Positions 27,300 to 31,040 of a stretch of DNA of 31,040 bases are shown here, piece after piece. Position numbers and translations under genes: made by a program. Every line of letters starts with the position of its first letter. The stretch's first letter is position 1. The notes under the pieces are model-generated. The model did no database searches. It saw only the letters and a list, made by a program, of their open reading frames with translations, and had not been told where the DNA came from. This DNA comes from a virus (lineage: Duplodnaviria; Caudoviricetes): positions 1 through 31,040 of the IMG/VR virus record IMGVR_UViG_3300017716_001892; one strand, 5' to 3'.

Positions 27300-29720
27300 T
27301 TAAAGTTGATCCATTGTGCCTAAACCAAATCCGCTACTGATGTTGTCAAATTCGGATTCAAAGTTCTTAGGCATTGTATCATTTTTTCTTTGATCAATTA
27401 ACTCGCTTTGCTGACTAGCTTGCATTTTAACTCGTTTGTCTTTACGATCTTCTATATCGTTTATTTTTTGTTGTTGCGCGCCTACCTGAGCCTGAGCTAA
27501 TTGCATACTATACTGGAACTCTTGCGCCATTAATTCTTGCTTAATTTGCTTCTCTTGTTGTAATCTTTGTATTGTAAATTGTGCTTTTGCTTGCTCAATT
27601 TGTATTTCTGTTTGTGCTAATGCTTGTTGTTTTTGCACTTCTGCCATTGCTGCCGCTTCAGAGGCTTGAGCGTTTGCTTGTGCTTGCGCTTGCATATTCT
27701 CTTGCTGCATTTTTTGATCACGTTCTGTCTTCTTCTTGCGCTTGTATTTCAATGATTGATTTGCAAGTTTAAGATTTCTAATTTGGCGTAAATCAATTGC
27801 ATCTTCAAGATCAATTCCTCCTGATTGTAATGCTATTTGTATATTTTGTTCTAATTGTGCTTTTTCCTCTTCATCAGGTTCTAACTCTAAAAATATACCA
27901 AAGTCATGTAGCGTCATCTCAATTAATTCATTCAATGTCTCAACATTAAAACTTGATATGCTCTCTCTTAAGGATTGAGCAGTCAAAGGGAATCTTAATG
28001 AATCAGCTACTCTTAATGATATATTTTCACATAAACGTAATGTCAAGTATAAGCTAGATTGTACTATGTGTCTGGTTGCTGTGTTTGAATTTGCGGCCGC
28101 CATCTTCTGTAATCCAACTAATGCTTTTGGATCTGGTGTACTAGCATCTCTAGCTTCGTTTAATCCAGTGACATCCCGTATCATTTGTAGATAATACTGA
28201 TACGTAGTTATCAATGCCTGTATCTTACCGTTTCCATTTGAAGTTTGCAACTCCTGTATTGGAACTCTGGCTGGATTTCCTGTTCCATCTTGTGTTTGCG
28301 ATCTACCAACAATACTACCGGTTTGGAAATACATATTCAACGCCTCCGCTGGATTATACTTTGTTCCATTGCCAAGATCAACTTCCATTAATCCATCAAC
28401 GTCCATAAATACACCATCAGGTACCATCCTTGACAACACTTGTTGAAGTTTTAAGTGTGTTAATTGTATAGTGTCGGCAAATCCAGTTATTCTACTAACA
28501 ATAGATTCTATGCGACCTTTATACATTCTTGGCGCGCAGATAACGTAATTCATTTCTACCTTTGTGGTATCGGCTACAGGGCGCGTCATGTTTTCAGACA
28601 TTTCCCATTTTAACATTTTATTATGCCCAAGTATTTTTGCGCCAGAATATAATACCTCTATGCTTCTCGATACTCTATTAAAGTTATCGCTTTGAGGCGG
28701 ATTGAATGTATCAGGTTTTTCTAATGCTTTTTCTAATCCAAATTCCGTTTGTTTAATCTTAAACACTTGATCAGTGTATGTTTTATATTCAAAATATAAA
28801 ACTTTAATAGCAGAAGGATCATAGTTCTGCCCATAATAATTTCTAGTATAAGTATTATCACCGGGGTATTTTTGTATTTCCTCTAAGTCTTCGCTCGTAA
28901 GATCCGGAAATTCTTTTTTAAGTTCTTCTAATTGTATTGCCTTTACTTCTCCAACATAATAAATGTCATCAAAGTTTGGGTCTTCGGTATATGAATACAC
29001 TAAGTTAGCAGGATCAACATAATCCAATACAATACCATTAGCTTTATTCCAACTTGTTTTTGCGGCAGCAATACCTAATACAGTTAAATCATAATTGAGT
29101 CTTCTATTTATTAACTCATATTTATTACGATCTAATATTTGATTTATTAATTCTTCCTCGGCTATTTCAACAGATTGCTTATAACTTAATTGCAAATGCA
29201 ACTCAAGTTCCTCGTCACTTTCTGGTAAAGAGCTTGGATCAGTAGTATTGAATAAATCTTGACCTAATTCATTTTTTACACGCATTAGATACTCTTTTGC
29301 ATTCATGTCCCTAATAATCTTCTCTGCGTATCTTGTTCTTTTTCTAGTTGATTCAGGGTCCTGCGCGTATGCTTTTATTTCGTAATTTTTGCTAGAGATG
29401 CCGTTCACTAATATATCAACAAACTTTGGTATCACGGGAACAGGTTTCCAATCAATGTTTAAATAAGACAAGTCACCATTTACAGATAATTCATCTTTAT
29501 ATTTTTGTACAGATTGTTCTCCTCTAGCGTATAATCTTAGCGAATGGAATCTTTGCCAATTCGCACTCCATCTATCACTGCCGCCAATCGCAGCAGCTCC
29601 TCCTCTAAACCATTCATTCTCAATAGCTCTACCAACCGCGGTGCCATACTCGTAACTTTGTTTGACCTCGTCTGGTACTACCTGACTTGGAAAAGAACTA
29701 TTAGTATTAGTATAAATCAT
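27300..29720 (-). CDS. Portal protein
   Basis: 806 aa. LRLYARGEQSVQKYKDEL...DLSYLN.DWKPVP.IPKFVDI.VNG, MIRDVTGLNEARD and a Q-rich C-terminal coiled-coil barrel; directly after terminase. Confidence 0.9.
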   Translation of the reverse strand: MIYTNTNSSFPSQVVPDEVKQSYEYGTAVGRAIENEWFRGGAAAIGGSDRWSANWQRFHSLRLYARGEQSVQKYKDELSVNGDLSYLNIDWKPVPVIPKFVDILVNGISSKNYEIKAYAQDPESTRKRTRYAEKIIRDMNAKEYLMRVKNELGQDLFNTTDPSSLPESDEELELHLQLSYKQSVEIAEEELINQILDRNKYELINRRLNYDLTVLGIAAAKTSWNKANGIVLDYVDPANLVYSYTEDPNFDDIYYVGEVKAIQLEELKKEFPDLTSEDLEEIQKYPGDNTYTRNYYGQNYDPSAIKVLYFEYKTYTDQVFKIKQTEFGLEKALEKPDTFNPPQSDNFNRVSRSIEVLYSGAKILGHNKMLKWEMSENMTRPVADTTKVEMNYVICAPRMYKGRIESIVSRITGFADTIQLTHLKLQQVLSRMVPDGVFMDVDGLMEVDLGNGTKYNPAEALNMYFQTGSIVGRSQTQDGTGNPARVPIQELQTSNGNGKIQALITTYQYYLQMIRDVTGLNEARDASTPDPKALVGLQKMAAANSNTATRHIVQSSLYLTLRLCENISLRVADSLRFPLTAQSLRESISSFNVETLNELIEMTLHDFGIFLELEPDEEEKAQLEQNIQIALQSGGIDLEDAIDLRQIRNLKLANQSLKYKRKKKTERDQKMQQENMQAQAQANAQASEAAAMAEVQKQQALAQTEIQIEQAKAQFTIQRLQQEKQIKQELMAQEFQYSMQLAQAQVGAQQQKINDIEDRKDKRVKMQASQQSELIDQRKNDTMPKNFESEFDNISSGFGLGTMDQL

Positions 29721-31040
29721 TTATTGTATTATTTGTGAATTATATCCTTTATTGTCGTATTTTTTAAATCCAAGAGAAACACTTTGTCTTTCTACTTTTG
29801 CTATTGGCGTATACAAATGTCTATTACAAGCCATTATTGCTAACCCCGAGCTAATAGAAGCATCATGATTTGTTCTATTATTTATGTTAAATTTAGCCCA
29901 GTCTTCCAGCGTTTTTTGAAAATACATTGTTCCATATTCGCCTTCCTTTTTTAATCCAATGTGCTCTTCTATGTGTGTCTCAATAGCTGATGCGTGCGCT
30001 TGCATTACATCAACTGAAGAGTTTGGAATTCCACCAACTTCTTTTTCAAATGGCGAAAGTTTATTTAATATCTTATCAGGTCTATTCATTGAGTAGCCAC
30101 GATACCCTCTTCTTTTTAGATAATATAACAACCTCGGTTTATTATTTTCAGCGAGTATTGGCATGCCGTAAAAAACTAGCGCCATTAATACCTCCTCAAA
30201 AAATATTTCAGATGTCTGAGGTCTAGCTATATATTCTAAGAAAAAATGGTTTGTAGGTATGTCCTCCATAGAGAACTTAGTCAATCCATGCAATGATCCA
30301 TTCGATCCCCTTGCATTAACCGTACCTGATATATCATAACTATCGCAACCAAATGCACCGCAGTGTTCGTTGCCTGGATATTTGTACCCATCCTTTATTA
30401 TCACTCGGTTTTGCAAATATATAGGTGGAACCCAAGAAATTAAAAACCTTCCGTCTTTATTAGGGTAAAATTGCACCCTTGTATCTTGTATTCCGTTTTC
30501 CCATTGAAAATTCCCGCGTGTAACTACATTAGTGTTTCGCAGGTCTTCATTGTAATCTATTTGCTCGTATATTTTTGTAAGATTAAACAAAGATTGTTTT
30601 GTCTCATCCCTAAATGCATGTTGTTCTGTTCTTGGAAACTGACGGTAATATTCATTTAATCCATCGGAGTCTTGTTTTAACCCATCAACTTCGTTTTGCC
30701 AATGCTCAATAACACCGTACTCAATCCAATTACCATCAACACCTTTTACCGGTTTTTTTGGAGTATCGAAGACAGGTAGTCCATAAGTATCAATGAATCC
30801 CTCGTATGACCACTCCATAGGTATAAACAAACTATATAATCCTGAACTAGTCTGTCCATTGCGGTTTCTTTTCGATACGTCTGAGTCATGATAAAGTCTT
30901 TTAAAGTTTTCTCCTCCTTTGTCTAATGCATTCGAGGTTGAACCCATCATACATTTACCAATAATCCTGCTGCCTAATCTTAATGTTGTTTTTGTTACAC
31001 GCCAGTTATTTAAAATATTATCTGGTCGTTCCCATTTACC
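29721..31040 (-). CDS. terL: Terminase large subunit, C-terminal part (5' end outside the window)
   Basis: The frame is open to the window edge (GKWERPDNILNNWRVTKTTLRLGSRIIGKCMMGSTSN). It carries motif III GSTSN, RQFPRTE.HAF, and an RNase H-like nuclease with GCDSYD, LAENNKP and HDASISSGLA. Confidence 0.92.
   Translation of the reverse strand, partial: GKWERPDNILNNWRVTKTTLRLGSRIIGKCMMGSTSNALDKGGENFKRLYHDSDVSKRNRNGQTSSGLYSLFIPMEWSYEGFIDTYGLPVFDTPKKPVKGVDGNWIEYGVIEHWQNEVDGLKQDSDGLNEYYRQFPRTEQHAFRDETKQSLFNLTKIYEQIDYNEDLRNTNVVTRGNFQWENGIQDTRVQFYPNKDGRFLISWVPPIYLQNRVIIKDGYKYPGNEHCGAFGCDSYDISGTVNARGSNGSLHGLTKFSMEDIPTNHFFLEYIARPQTSEIFFEEVLMALVFYGMPILAENNKPRLLYYLKRRGYRGYSMNRPDKILNKLSPFEKEVGGIPNSSVDVMQAHASAIETHIEEHIGLKKEGEYGTMYFQKTLEDWAKFNINNRTNHDASISSGLAIMACNRHLYTPIAKVERQSVSLGFKKYDNKGYNSQIIQ

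Noticed and set aside
1890-30659. Numerous + strand ORFs of 60-150 aa antisense to the structural genes
   Set aside because: S/F/L/I-rich translations typical of antisense frames of K/E-rich genes; no independent evidence.
1-31040. tRNAs, CRISPR arrays, introns/inteins, integrase or diversity-generating retroelement
   Set aside because: Intergenic gaps are all about 100 bp or less. I saw no repeat-spacer arrays, RT, homing endonuclease or intein motifs, and nrdA and the visible terL part are of uninterrupted size.

Overview
This window is part of an AT-rich dsDNA phage genome, most like the Crassvirales-related podoviruses that infect Bacteroidota (Flavobacteriia). Standard genetic code fits all ORFs. 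On the + strand is the end of a nucleotide-metabolism module: a class Ia ribonucleotide reductase alpha subunit, ending at a bidirectional terminator near 1.8 kb. The remaining ~29 kb is a - strand morphogenesis operon: terminase large subunit (partial), portal, scaffold-like protein, major capsid, a post-capsid hypothetical, two ring/adaptor proteins, a tail muzzle/stabilization protein apparently split over two genes, a cupin-fold protein and three putative ejected (cargo) proteins. The most interesting element is the last cargo protein (3124 aa). It sits where crAss-like phages encode their virion RNA polymerase, but I see no RNAP motif. It reads instead as a polyvalent protein with hydrophobic segments, a HExxH zincin, two SHOCT-like repeats, a sigma70 region-2-like segment, a PD-(D/E)xK-like segment and a complete HAD phosphatase, separated by a recurring (G)NIKFS(S/K)SL linker. 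All domain calls come from motif recognition by eye; no searches were run.
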